Shown here piece by piece: positions 38,771-48,520 of a stretch of DNA of 64,000 nucleotides. The DNA is from Alphaproteobacteria bacterium (GTDB lineage Bacteria > Pseudomonadota > Alphaproteobacteria > CAAHEQ01 > UBA3637). The notes below the pieces were generated by a model. The model saw only the letters and a list, made by a program, of their open reading frames with translations, searched no databases and had not been told where the DNA came from. Made by a program: the position numbers and the translations under genes. The first letter of the stretch is position 1; every line of letters begins with the position of its first letter. Where the stretch lies: assembly GCA_045631185.1 (NCBI GenBank), contig JAZQUH010000039.1:9522-73521 (forward strand), in the 5' to 3' direction.

Positions 38771-39186
38771 AAGTGTAATACATCCGTCAGACGTGGTAAT
38801 TTAATAATCACATCAAAAGTGTATCTGTCCAAAATATGATATTCTTTTAAATCCAATCGGTATAAAATCAATGCTTCTGTTGCACGTCCGACTATCAAGG
38901 ATTTAGGGAATAATTGTTTTAACGAATATTCCGTTTGATAAGCCAATAAAGTCGGCTGGCCAAAAACACTGTCTCGCCTTTCGTGTTCACGGATGGAAAA
39001 CAATTCCAAACCGTTCCATGACAAACCATCCGTCACATGCAAAAATTGAATATAATCCGATGGTATTTGAATCCATCCTTTTTTAACCAATGCAATGGAA
39101 GTGCGTTGAATATCCATCATTTGTGCCGGCGGAAAAAATTGGGCGTAATTTTGATACAGGGTATTTAAGATGGTATTGATGCTCAT
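38740..39186 (-). CDS. SUKH/SMI1-KNR4 (YrhA-like) immunity-type protein
   Basis: IPSDYIQFLHVTDGLSWNGLELFS. Confidence 0.75.
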   Translation of the reverse strand: MSINTILNTLYQNYAQFFPPAQMMDIQRTSIALVKKGWIQIPSDYIQFLHVTDGLSWNGLELFSIREHERRDSVFGQPTLLAYQTEYSLKQLFPKSLIVGRATEALILYRLDLKEYHILDRYTFDVIIKLPRLTDVLHFYAKSVLSSS

Positions 39187-39863
39187 TATCGCCCCCCTGT
39201 TTTAATGGCTATTTGTTGCAAATTGGCACTGCTTAAACCCGCCTGAGTGGAACGGTCTGACTTTTTCTTGCCACCAGAACCGGTCATTTCCCCATTGGGG
39301 ATATAAACTTTCCCCAAAGGAACTGGGATATATAATTTTTGCGGATGTCCCACACCGGCCGAAGTCAAAATTTGTTGATTGATATATTTGTGAATCAGTT
39401 CATGAAAGGGGTGAATGGGAATCAAAACCAAATTATCCATATCTAAATTGCCCCCATATAACAACGGATATTTTAAATGCACCGTCCAATTGGTGGGCAA
39501 AATGCCCTTGGACATATAAAAGATACTTTCTTCGGATATATCGGCACTGCGTAAATCATTCAAATACTGATCCACCAAATCCTTTAAAAACACCAATTTT
39601 AAAGTTTCCAATTTTTGATGAAATTCACTTTCATTGATGGTATGCGGATAATAGTTGGCCGACATCAATTCCATATTGGCAAAGTTTTCATTTTGGAATA
39701 AGTCCACCCAATAATCCTGATCTTTAGCATCCGAATCCAACCCTTCCATTAAACCGTCCAAACTGTTGGTATCCATATCACCAGACGGGGATGAATTGTT
39801 CATCAACTGATCCCAGTTTTCATATAATTCAGATCCATCCAGTTCGGTCATGTTATCAGCCAT
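39186..39863 (-). CDS. HNH-endonuclease-like protein
   Basis: GILPTNWTVHLKYPLLYGGNLDMDNLVLI..HPFHELIH. Confidence 0.65.
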   Translation of the reverse strand: MADNMTELDGSELYENWDQLMNNSSPSGDMDTNSLDGLMEGLDSDAKDQDYWVDLFQNENFANMELMSANYYPHTINESEFHQKLETLKLVFLKDLVDQYLNDLRSADISEESIFYMSKGILPTNWTVHLKYPLLYGGNLDMDNLVLIPIHPFHELIHKYINQQILTSAGVGHPQKLYIPVPLGKVYIPNGEMTGSGGKKKSDRSTQAGLSSANLQQIAIKTGGR

Positions 39864-42153
39864 TTAAACCATCCTTGGGTGGTGGGGGTTGAAATGTAGG
39901 GGCAGATGTGGGGGCCGTAAAGATACCCTGTCCCTGAGGCGGCAACAAAGGTTGCATCGGTGTTGATGTGTTTTGTGGGGCAAAATTGCTTTGAGAAGGC
40001 AATTGATTACCATTGGGTTCTGATTGATTTTCTTCGGGCTTTTGTTGTTGGTTTTCCGGTGCTCGTCTGTCCACAATCCATTGGGGGATATATGGGGCGG
40101 TTGGAATCTGAGTTTTTTTCAAAAAGCCTTTATCCAAATAATAACGTGGGGCATCAGCCAAAATCGGATGGGATAAGAATCCCTGGAATAACACATATTG
40201 TTTTAACATATCCAAGCTTAAAATATCCGAAGCACTGACCACGTCTGATTTTTGCAATTGACGGGAAACGTTTTGTGAAAAATCAAACATTTTTTGACCA
40301 CCGCCTTCTTGTTTGGATGTGCTTTTAACTTCAATCGTTTTGGAACCAATCATTTTCACAAAACGTTCGGCTGTTTGTTCGTTGTTTTGGGACAAAATAA
40401 CTTTTGCCGCCGTTGTGGAAATAATTGTTTCCAAATCATCTTTACCGTATTGGCCGGAAATTTGGCCTAAATCCTGACCAATCAATAAATAGGCCACCTT
40501 TTGTCCACGACCGACCGCAGGACCGTTTTTCACACAATCCAGTTTCGGCATTTGTGGGAATTCGTCCAATACAAATAAAACAGGACAAGGACCGCATTTT
40601 TGACCATCGTTTCCCACATAGCCCGGCGGATTGGCAATTAAAAACGAGCTGACCAATTCCACAAAAATACCTGTAATCACATTCAAGGCACGGGCATCCA
40701 CTTGGTTAATGGATAAATAAACGGAAATCGGTTTGATTTTGCCGTCCGCAGGATCCACCATACCACGCAAATCACGGAAAGTAAAATCACTGAATTTTGT
40801 ACGTTCTTTTACGGCTGCGTTTTTAAAAATACTGATACCTGATAAAGCGGTTGATAAAATTGAACCACGTTCTTTGTCGGGCGTACTGGATAACTGATTT
40901 AATTCGGCAATGGCACGGCGGGCATAGGCAAAGCGATTGCTTTCATTCACAGCCGCATCCAATACGTCCTTCATGGGATCGGCCATCATGGCCATTTGGT
41001 CGCCTTCATCGGAACGGCGTTTGATATCGGCGGCGATTTTCATCTGCATATCGGTCAGCCATTCCAAAATCATGGCAATGCATGGTTCATGCCCATGCCA
41101 GCTTTCGGGCAGACCTTCCCATGTACCAACAGGGGCGTAATTGTTTAAATTTAACTGTCCCCTTTTTAAAGCATCCAATGCAATCATAGCACTGTTATCG
41201 GACATATCGGCATAGTAGGTGGCCAAAACATTGGCATCTTCTTGATCAAAAGAACCCTCGGATAATTTATTGATAAAGTAATCATTGGCACGGGCCCGTT
41301 CACATTTGCTGGCGATAAAATGTAAAAAACCACTCATGGCATTACGGCCCGTTTTACACCAGTGTGGATCCGCACCACCTTTAGGTTCTTCCACCAACAC
41401 GGCAACCATAGAGTCAATATACATATCTCTGGCTGGTCCCAATGGGGGTAATGCCGTGGGCGATAAAGGATTCCAGCTGGGGTAAAAAACACCGTTTTGT
41501 GGTTCATCCTGGGCACCCCAGTTGATAATGAAAACAGGTCCGATTTTATTACGATATCCTGATGTTTGATAACATAATTCGGGCTTTACGTCATTGACAA
41601 TAATACTTAAAGAATCGGATTCAAAAATCGTTGGGATAACCACACCGGCAGTTTTACCGGTTCCCGGTGGTGCCACCACCAAGGCGGATAAAGTGTTAGG
41701 CATTTTTAATAAACGCCCCTTGAATCGACCCAGCACACAACAAAAACCATCGAATAATCCCATCTTTTTAATATCACGATAGGATGCCAAACGACCGCTG
41801 CCAAAAACAGTGGACATATTGGAGTGTGGGTTTGTAAATAAACCGACAAAAATAATAATGGGAATAACTGCCAAAGGGATGAATGGTAAAAACATCACTA
41901 TTGGGGCAGGGGAGATTGACCAAAACTTTTTAAACCATTTAGAATAAGTTAAAATAATTTCGCCGGGATGCAAAAAGTGTTGAGCCCAAAAGCTTTTGAT
42001 TCTTCCTAATAAAGAGATTTCTCCTGAATATAACCATTGTGCTATTGGAAAAACAAGAAGTGTTAAAATCCAAAAACACAATAATGCAAAAAAAACGGAA
42101 AGCAATATATGAATAATGTATTTATTTTGCTCTTTGTATTGATCGTCGGCCAT
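39856..42153 (-). CDS. virD4: Type IV secretion coupling protein (VirD4/TraG)
   Basis: Two N-terminal TM segments, APPGTGKT Walker A, NDVKPEL, WNPL, VLDEFP, QDLGQI. Confidence 0.93.
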   Translation of the reverse strand: MADDQYKEQNKYIIHILLSVFFALLCFWILTLLVFPIAQWLYSGEISLLGRIKSFWAQHFLHPGEIILTYSKWFKKFWSISPAPIVMFLPFIPLAVIPIIIFVGLFTNPHSNMSTVFGSGRLASYRDIKKMGLFDGFCCVLGRFKGRLLKMPNTLSALVVAPPGTGKTAGVVIPTIFESDSLSIIVNDVKPELCYQTSGYRNKIGPVFIINWGAQDEPQNGVFYPSWNPLSPTALPPLGPARDMYIDSMVAVLVEEPKGGADPHWCKTGRNAMSGFLHFIASKCERARANDYFINKLSEGSFDQEDANVLATYYADMSDNSAMIALDALKRGQLNLNNYAPVGTWEGLPESWHGHEPCIAMILEWLTDMQMKIAADIKRRSDEGDQMAMMADPMKDVLDAAVNESNRFAYARRAIAELNQLSSTPDKERGSILSTALSGISIFKNAAVKERTKFSDFTFRDLRGMVDPADGKIKPISVYLSINQVDARALNVITGIFVELVSSFLIANPPGYVGNDGQKCGPCPVLFVLDEFPQMPKLDCVKNGPAVGRGQKVAYLLIGQDLGQISGQYGKDDLETIISTTAAKVILSQNNEQTAERFVKMIGSKTIEVKSTSKQEGGGQKMFDFSQNVSRQLQKSDVVSASDILSLDMLKQYVLFQGFLSHPILADAPRYYLDKGFLKKTQIPTAPYIPQWIVDRRAPENQQQKPEENQSEPNGNQLPSQSNFAPQNTSTPMQPLLPPQGQGIFTAPTSAPTFQPPPPKDGLNG

Positions 42154-42166
42154 TTTAATTTCCCCC

Positions 42167-43312
42167 TTATAATAAAATTTGTCTTAATTGTTCAACAGCA
42201 TCATCCGATAACGGTTCATATTGTTTATTTAAAACTTCACTCAGTGTTTTTAATTCTACAGGTCCGCCTTTATCCGTCCGACAAACCATAACCCCTAAAT
42301 CATTCCAGGTTCTGAGCATATCTTCGGCATTGATAATATTACCTTTTCGTTCAATCAACATCGGTTGCACCTTTAAATCAAAGCCGGCATCGGATAATTT
42401 TTTCGCAACAAGCTTTCCTGTTTGCATCAATTCAAAAACAGGCGACACACGATGGTCCGTTTCGGAAAACCATAAAGGATCTTCATCATTAAAGGCTTCT
42501 TCATCGGCCAACCAATCTCCGTCTATATCATCATAGCGAGCCCATAACATTTGCCCCTGACAAACGGCCACAAAGCCGGATGCCTGTTCATCAGATACAA
42601 CACCCGACAAAACCGACCAACCTGTATTGGACAACAATTCATCCGGATTTTCATCAACAGATGGCTGGGCTGGCAATTGAATTTCCTCTAACGGTATATC
42701 GGCCATTTGTTTTAAATCAGCCTCCAACGGATTATTCCAAGAAGTATCCATCGGCGTATCGGGTGTAAATGACCTATCATTAGCCATAGGTGATGTCGTA
42801 TAAGAATTTGGCATTTCAGCCAGCATCGGATTGGATTGCGCAAAACTTTGTTGTTGAACGGGTTGGGAACGCATTGTTGGCCCCATTGTAGGCATCGGCA
42901 TCGGACGTTGCGCCGAAATGGGCGGTGCTTTAATCGGCTTATGTGAAGTATGAGCTGGTGTTTTGTGTTCAGATTTTTTGGGAGGTGTTGATATTTTTTT
43001 CTTGATATGTTGAATGTGTTTTTTGGGCAAATGAGCCACTTTTTTTGCTGAAGCACGCCATTGAATTTTATTGGCCCAATACCAAATCCCCAAATACATC
43101 GGAATAACCAAAATAAAGGAAATCAGAAAAATCCAATCCCCCGCACTGGAAACACGCCAACCGGCATTGATTTCCTGAAACAAAAAACGCCACGATTCAC
43201 CGGAAAAAAGATTAAAATTCCAATTGATATGCAAAAATCCCCTGAACCACCATCCAAAAAACAGCAGTCCCACAACCAAACCAATCAATAAAGTTCTTTT
43301 CGGGTTTTGCAT
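42167..43312 (-). CDS. Membrane protein with Pro-rich linker and an acidic C-terminal domain (possibly nuclease-related)
   Basis: Two TM segments; WLADEE..PLWFSE..HRVSPV motif. Confidence 0.7.
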   Translation of the reverse strand: MQNPKRTLLIGLVVGLLFFGWWFRGFLHINWNFNLFSGESWRFLFQEINAGWRVSSAGDWIFLISFILVIPMYLGIWYWANKIQWRASAKKVAHLPKKHIQHIKKKISTPPKKSEHKTPAHTSHKPIKAPPISAQRPMPMPTMGPTMRSQPVQQQSFAQSNPMLAEMPNSYTTSPMANDRSFTPDTPMDTSWNNPLEADLKQMADIPLEEIQLPAQPSVDENPDELLSNTGWSVLSGVVSDEQASGFVAVCQGQMLWARYDDIDGDWLADEEAFNDEDPLWFSETDHRVSPVFELMQTGKLVAKKLSDAGFDLKVQPMLIERKGNIINAEDMLRTWNDLGVMVCRTDKGGPVELKTLSEVLNKQYEPLSDDAVEQLRQILL

Positions 43313-43448
43313 TTTGCTTCCTTTTGGATCATTATACACAAAATAAAACTGTTTGACCAGCAAAAAATGCGATAAAACAAAAAAATATAATCGGTCTTGT
43401 AAAAGACATAAAAATACGCTATAATTAGGCTTTAATTCGGATGAAAAA

Positions 43449-43982
43449 ATGAGACGCAAAACAGAACCCAAAAAACGATTACATGACTGTGATTTTCCCG
43501 GCTGTCCTGAGGCGGGCGAATATCGTGCCCCAAAGGACAGAACTTTGCGTTCACATTATTGGTTTTGTCAAAAGCATGTGGCCGAATACAACAAAAAATG
43601 GGATTTTTTAAAAGGCCTTTCCCCCGATGAAATAGAAGAACAACTGCGTAATGATACGACATGGCAACGCCCCCGATGGAAATTGGGTTCAAATATCGGT
43701 GGCATGCCCCGCTTTAAAGATTCAATGAATGTTTTTTCGGAAGAACGGTTGGGGATGGACGGTGGCTATAATCCCCCCAGTCCATCTTTAAAATATCCGC
43801 CCAAAGTGCAACGGGCGATTGCCTTTATGGATTTAAAAATGCCGATACAATTATCGGATATAAAAAAGCAATATAAGGTCTTGGCGAAAAAATACCATCC
43901 GGATGTCAGCAAAAAAGATGCCTCGCTTTTCCAAAGACTCAGAGAGGCTTATGAAATTTTAACGGATTATCTGAAAGGATAG
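43449..43982 (+). CDS. J-domain protein (alphaproteobacterial DnaJ-like)
   Basis: N-terminal CDFPGC..WFC..HV; C-terminal HPD. Confidence 0.9.
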   Translation: MRRKTEPKKRLHDCDFPGCPEAGEYRAPKDRTLRSHYWFCQKHVAEYNKKWDFLKGLSPDEIEEQLRNDTTWQRPRWKLGSNIGGMPRFKDSMNVFSEERLGMDGGYNPPSPSLKYPPKVQRAIAFMDLKMPIQLSDIKKQYKVLAKKYHPDVSKKDASLFQRLREAYEILTDYLKG

Positions 43983-43985
43983 AAA

Positions 43986-45233
43986 ATGTCTGTTTTATTA
44001 AAAAATGTAACACTCAATCACCAAAAAACAGATATCTTTATTCAAGAAAATAAATTTTCAAAAATTGCCCCTGAACTGTCGATTCACTCAGACCATGTTT
44101 TGGATTGCACAAATTTCGCCATACTGCCGGCTTTTTACAATTGCCATTCGCATGCACCAATGAGCCTGTTTCGTGGTATTAGTGATGATAAAAATTTATT
44201 TGATTGGTTAAATAATGACATTTGGCCAAGGGAAGCCAAATTGACCGAAGAAATGATTTATATCGCCACAAAATTTTCCATTTTAGAAATGATTAAAACG
44301 GGCACGGTATTTTTTTCGGATATGTACTTTGGCATGTCCGCCATGATGCAGGCAGTGGCCGATATGGGGATTCGTTCGGCTCTTTCCTGTGGGGCTTTGG
44401 ATTTATTTGATGAAAAAAAACGCCAAAAAGAAATAAGTATTATTCGTGAATTTTTGGATATGAAAAATCCAAATCCAAAATTAATACAAAAAGCCTTATC
44501 CATTCATGCCGTTTATACCGTATCCGAAGAATTAATTCGTTGGAATGTAGATATGGCCAAAAAATATAATGCCCGCTTACATATTCATGCCTGTGAAACA
44601 AAAAAAGAAGTAGATGATTGCATTAAAGAACATGGTTGTACACCGATTCAATATCTGGATAAATTGGGCGCATTAAGTGACAAAACAATTTTGGCCCACA
44701 GCATTTGGTTGGATGATAAAGATATAGAAATTTTAGCCGATAAAGGCGTATGGCTTTGTACAAATCCTTCATCAAATTATAAACTCAATTCAGGTGTTTT
44801 TTTGTTGCAAAAACTGTTGGATAAAGGTTGCCGAATTACTCTGGGGACAGATGGAGCTGCCTCAAACAATTCTTTAAATATGATGGGAGAAATGAAATTG
44901 TGTGCTCTGTCGGCAAAAATTCAATCCAATAATCCAACCGCCGGCAACGCCCAAGATGTATTTAAAATAGCCACCCAAAACGGTGCTAATGCTTTTGGTT
45001 TAAATGCCGGTGAAATTGCCGAAGGAAAATTGGCCGATTGTATTTTGGTTGATTTGAACAATCACTTTTTAACACCTGATTATAATCTGATTTCCAATAT
45101 GGTCTATGCGGCTGACAGTTCTTGCATTGATACAGTTATTTGCAATGGCAAAATTTTAATGCAAAATCATCATGTTCCAGGCGAAGAAGAATTGATTAAA
45201 CAAATGCAACAACTCAGCCAAGAAATTATTTAA
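43986..45233 (+). CDS. MtaD/TRZ-family amidohydrolase (nucleoside deaminase)
   Basis: NCHSH, HIHACET, LGTDGAASNN. Confidence 0.88.
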   Translation: MSVLLKNVTLNHQKTDIFIQENKFSKIAPELSIHSDHVLDCTNFAILPAFYNCHSHAPMSLFRGISDDKNLFDWLNNDIWPREAKLTEEMIYIATKFSILEMIKTGTVFFSDMYFGMSAMMQAVADMGIRSALSCGALDLFDEKKRQKEISIIREFLDMKNPNPKLIQKALSIHAVYTVSEELIRWNVDMAKKYNARLHIHACETKKEVDDCIKEHGCTPIQYLDKLGALSDKTILAHSIWLDDKDIEILADKGVWLCTNPSSNYKLNSGVFLLQKLLDKGCRITLGTDGAASNNSLNMMGEMKLCALSAKIQSNNPTAGNAQDVFKIATQNGANAFGLNAGEIAEGKLADCILVDLNNHFLTPDYNLISNMVYAADSSCIDTVICNGKILMQNHHVPGEEELIKQMQQLSQEII

Positions 45234-45235
45234 AA

Positions 45236-45805
45236 TTACTTTTGTATCAATTGTTTGGCAATATCCTCGCTGAGATTTAACCATAACTTTGAATAACCGA
45301 CAACCAAGTCATCATATGTTTTTCCGATTTCAATTTTATCGGTAAATTTTTGATGAACAATTGTTTTGCCCTTTGTGTTTTTAATGGTAAACCATGCCGA
45401 TAATTTCGCCTGTTGTCCCAAAACACCATCCATTTGAATCACCTGAACCCAAACACGACGATCAAATTTTTCGCTTCCCAAAGTGCGTATTTTTGCATCA
45501 GATTTCGGCAACAAATGATTTAAGTTTTGTGTTAAAATGCGGGTACATAAAACAGATGGCGATTCAACCCAACGATTATATTCGGAAATCAAAACTTGCC
45601 GGCCGTTTTTGTTTTGAGTCACAATTTGGGCTCTGTCCATGTATTTAGGCAAATCAACCTTATCCACCCCGATAAATAAATCTTCTGATTGCGAAACGGG
45701 CATTGTTTCAATGGTGGTTAAAGAATAAAATTTTGAAGTTTGAGAAACACCAAAAATACATCCCGACAAAAACAAACATAAAAAGGCATATTTGATTTTT
45801 TTCAT
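45236..45805 (-). CDS. PqiC-family auxiliary lipoprotein
   Basis: LSGC lipobox; LPKYMDR, RWVE. Confidence 0.85.
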   Translation of the reverse strand: MKKIKYAFLCLFLSGCIFGVSQTSKFYSLTTIETMPVSQSEDLFIGVDKVDLPKYMDRAQIVTQNKNGRQVLISEYNRWVESPSVLCTRILTQNLNHLLPKSDAKIRTLGSEKFDRRVWVQVIQMDGVLGQQAKLSAWFTIKNTKGKTIVHQKFTDKIEIGKTYDDLVVGYSKLWLNLSEDIAKQLIQK

Positions 45806-45806
45806 T

Positions 45807-46601
45807 TTATTCTCCTTTTTTGCCCTTGATTAAAGATTCCGGATGGCGTTCCAAATAATCGGCTAAATTTTGCACAGATCGGGCAGCATCAGAAATGTCC
45901 GTCAATGCTTTATTGACATTAAAAATGGTTTCATCGGTATTGTCGGAAATTTTTTCCAAAGTCTTATTCAGGTTTTGTGTCGTATTTGTCAAAGCCGGTA
46001 ATAACACAGGTAATTGTTCCTGCAAAACAGTGACAACATAACCAACCTGATCAACCGTTTTTTGGATTTGCAAACTGTCAAATTCCTTGGTAATAACTTC
46101 ACTTTTGGATAAAACGGTCGGAATTTGCGGAAACTGAGAAAATCCTTTTTCGGGCACTGTTTTTACCTGACTTTCGGGCAACATCACCAACTCGATCATC
46201 AACTGACCGGTCAAATAACTTTGGGTAATCAAACGCCCACGCAAACCGCGTTGGATTAAATTTTCCAAAACATTTTGATTGTTCCACAAATTATCCCATC
46301 CATTTTTTTCTTTTATAATTCCCATTGGTTTGATGCGTACATAAACCGGTACCTGAAAAGTTAAATTTTTTGCATCGGCCACTAATTTTATATTAATGAC
46401 TTTTCCAATTTCAACACCACGAAAAACAACCGGCGCCCCTTCGGATAAACCTTTTAATGATTCATCAAAATACATCACAAATATATTTTTCTTATCCCGT
46501 ACAACTTTGTGCCAAACAGATTGACCAATCAAGGCAAATAAAACCAAAAATCCCAACAATAAAAATAAACCGATTACTTTTTTATTTGGCTCTTTTTTCA
46601 T
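45807..46601 (-). CDS. MCE/MlaD-family protein
   Basis: GLSEGAPVVFRGVEIGKV; LERHPESLI. Confidence 0.9.
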   Translation of the reverse strand: MKKEPNKKVIGLFLLLGFLVLFALIGQSVWHKVVRDKKNIFVMYFDESLKGLSEGAPVVFRGVEIGKVINIKLVADAKNLTFQVPVYVRIKPMGIIKEKNGWDNLWNNQNVLENLIQRGLRGRLITQSYLTGQLMIELVMLPESQVKTVPEKGFSQFPQIPTVLSKSEVITKEFDSLQIQKTVDQVGYVVTVLQEQLPVLLPALTNTTQNLNKTLEKISDNTDETIFNVNKALTDISDAARSVQNLADYLERHPESLIKGKKGE

Positions 46602-47352
46602 TTAAAACTCCTCTGGTTAAAAATTCATAAACACGTTCATTGGGCGGATTTTTTAACAACTCTTTCGGGTTGCCTTTGGCCGAAATCGTTTGAATGGTAT
46701 TATCCAAAAAGATACTGTTTTTTGCAATTGCAAAAATGGATGGTAATTCATGTGTGACAACAATAATGGTTGTACCCAAAGTTTCATTGATTTGCAAGAT
46801 TAAATCATCCAAGTTTTTAGAACTAATCGGATCCAAACCGGCGGATGGTTCATCAAAGTAAACAATTTCGGGATTTAGTGCCAAAGCCCGTGCTAATCCG
46901 GCCCGTTTTCGCATGCCACCGCTGATTTGGCTGGGATAATAATTTTCAAAGCCGGCCAAACCGACCAAAGCCAATTTAAAGGCCACAATATCATTTATTT
47001 TATGGTTATCATATTTTGTATATAATTGTAATGGCAAAGCAACATTTTCCGCCAATGTCATTGAACTGAACAAAGCCCCGCTTTGATATAAAATCCCCGA
47101 ATGCTTCATAATTTCTTTTTTTTGTGATTCGGTGGCTTTTTTTAAGTTGATATCCTGAATAAAAACATCCCCTTTTTGTATGGGAATTAAACCGGTTAAA
47201 GTGCGAAGTAAAGTGCTTTTACCACAACCGGAACCACCCATGATAACAAAAATATCACCTTTTTGAATTTCAAAATTTAAATCCTTCATAACGGTTTTAT
47301 CATCATAACCGATGCTTAAATTTCTGGCCTGAATAATGGGTATATTTTCCAT
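46582..47352 (-). CDS. MlaF-like ABC ATPase
   Basis: GGSGCGKST, SGGMRKR, FDEPSAGLDP. Confidence 0.92.
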   Translation of the reverse strand: MENIPIIQARNLSIGYDDKTVMKDLNFEIQKGDIFVIMGGSGCGKSTLLRTLTGLIPIQKGDVFIQDINLKKATESQKKEIMKHSGILYQSGALFSSMTLAENVALPLQLYTKYDNHKINDIVAFKLALVGLAGFENYYPSQISGGMRKRAGLARALALNPEIVYFDEPSAGLDPISSKNLDDLILQINETLGTTIIVVTHELPSIFAIAKNSIFLDNTIQTISAKGNPKELLKNPPNERVYEFLTRGVLNEKRAK

Positions 47353-48431
47353 CAAACACCTAACCCTTCACAAGCCAAAGTAATCAAGCCTGTCATTACA
47401 ATCATCCACACAATGGCGTAAACAACGGCGTTGGTGGTGGCCCGCCCGACACTGTCGGCATTTCGCCCACAGGTTAAACCAAAATAACATCCGCATAACG
47501 CAATAACAACAGCAAAAACCAAACCATGAAAAATCCCCACCAAAAAGTTGGTTAAATCAAATGAGGATATTGTATATTTAATGTATTCAGATAAAGGAAT
47601 TTGCCAAAACAACACACAAACAAAACATCCGCCCAAAATACCCATAATGTCCGAAATCAAAACCAAAATCGGCATAGATAATAACAAGGCATTTGTTCGT
47701 GGTAAAACCAAAAAGTCCATCCGTGAAACCCCCATTGTTTTTAGGGCGTCTAATTCTTCATTAACCTGCATGGTACCGATACTGGCTGCATAAGATGAAC
47801 CTGTACGCCCGGCCATAATAATCCCCGTCATAATGGCCCCCATGATACGTGTCATGCCGATGGTTACCAAGCTGGCCACATAGATTTGAGCCCCAAAAGT
47901 TTTTAATTGTAACGCCCCGACAAAGGCCAAAATTAAACCGACCATAAAGCTGATTAAACAAACAATTAAAACAGCCTTTGGTCCGCAATCGGCAAGCGTC
48001 ATCCAAAAATCTTTTGACCGATACACGGCTTTTCCCGTTATTTGTCGTCCACAACCTGCCAACCACTTTAATACAAACAAAGCACCCTGACGAAAACGCC
48101 TGTAAATATATAATCCTTTATCGCCCAGATATTCCAAAAAAGTTTCTTTGTTTTGCTCTTCTGTTTGAGGTTTTGTTTGTGTTTGAAAAGCCAAGTGTAT
48201 CAATTGTTCCATATTTTTGGGTAAATGATAGGTTGTTATGTTTTTGGGATCTATCTGTTTTAATTGGGCATATAATGAAACGATAAAATCCGTATCCCAT
48301 TTTTCAATACCGTCATTTTTTATTTGAATTTTTTTGTTTTGAATTTTGGAAAAGTCAAACTTTTGGGGCTTTGTTAAATCCCCCGTTAAATGTATAACAA
48401 TGCCACTTTCCCTTTGTTCAATTTGTATCAT
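47352..48431 (-). CDS. MlaE-like ABC permease
   Basis: AGRTGSS..IGTMQVNEE; VGRATT. Confidence 0.92.
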   Translation of the reverse strand: MIQIEQRESGIVIHLTGDLTKPQKFDFSKIQNKKIQIKNDGIEKWDTDFIVSLYAQLKQIDPKNITTYHLPKNMEQLIHLAFQTQTKPQTEEQNKETFLEYLGDKGLYIYRRFRQGALFVLKWLAGCGRQITGKAVYRSKDFWMTLADCGPKAVLIVCLISFMVGLILAFVGALQLKTFGAQIYVASLVTIGMTRIMGAIMTGIIMAGRTGSSYAASIGTMQVNEELDALKTMGVSRMDFLVLPRTNALLLSMPILVLISDIMGILGGCFVCVLFWQIPLSEYIKYTISSFDLTNFLVGIFHGLVFAVVIALCGCYFGLTCGRNADSVGRATTNAVVYAIVWMIVMTGLITLACEGLGV

Positions 48432-48520
48432 TTTTCCCCCTAAGAAAGATTAAACTTTTTCAGGGGGAAAGTCAAGAGATATAAATTATGTTGTTTAATA
48501 AAATTGGAAATACTTATTTT

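Noticed and set aside
39856-42153. Conjugative element/ICE around virD4
   Set aside because: No relaxase, integrase, virB genes or att sites; the flanks are housekeeping genes
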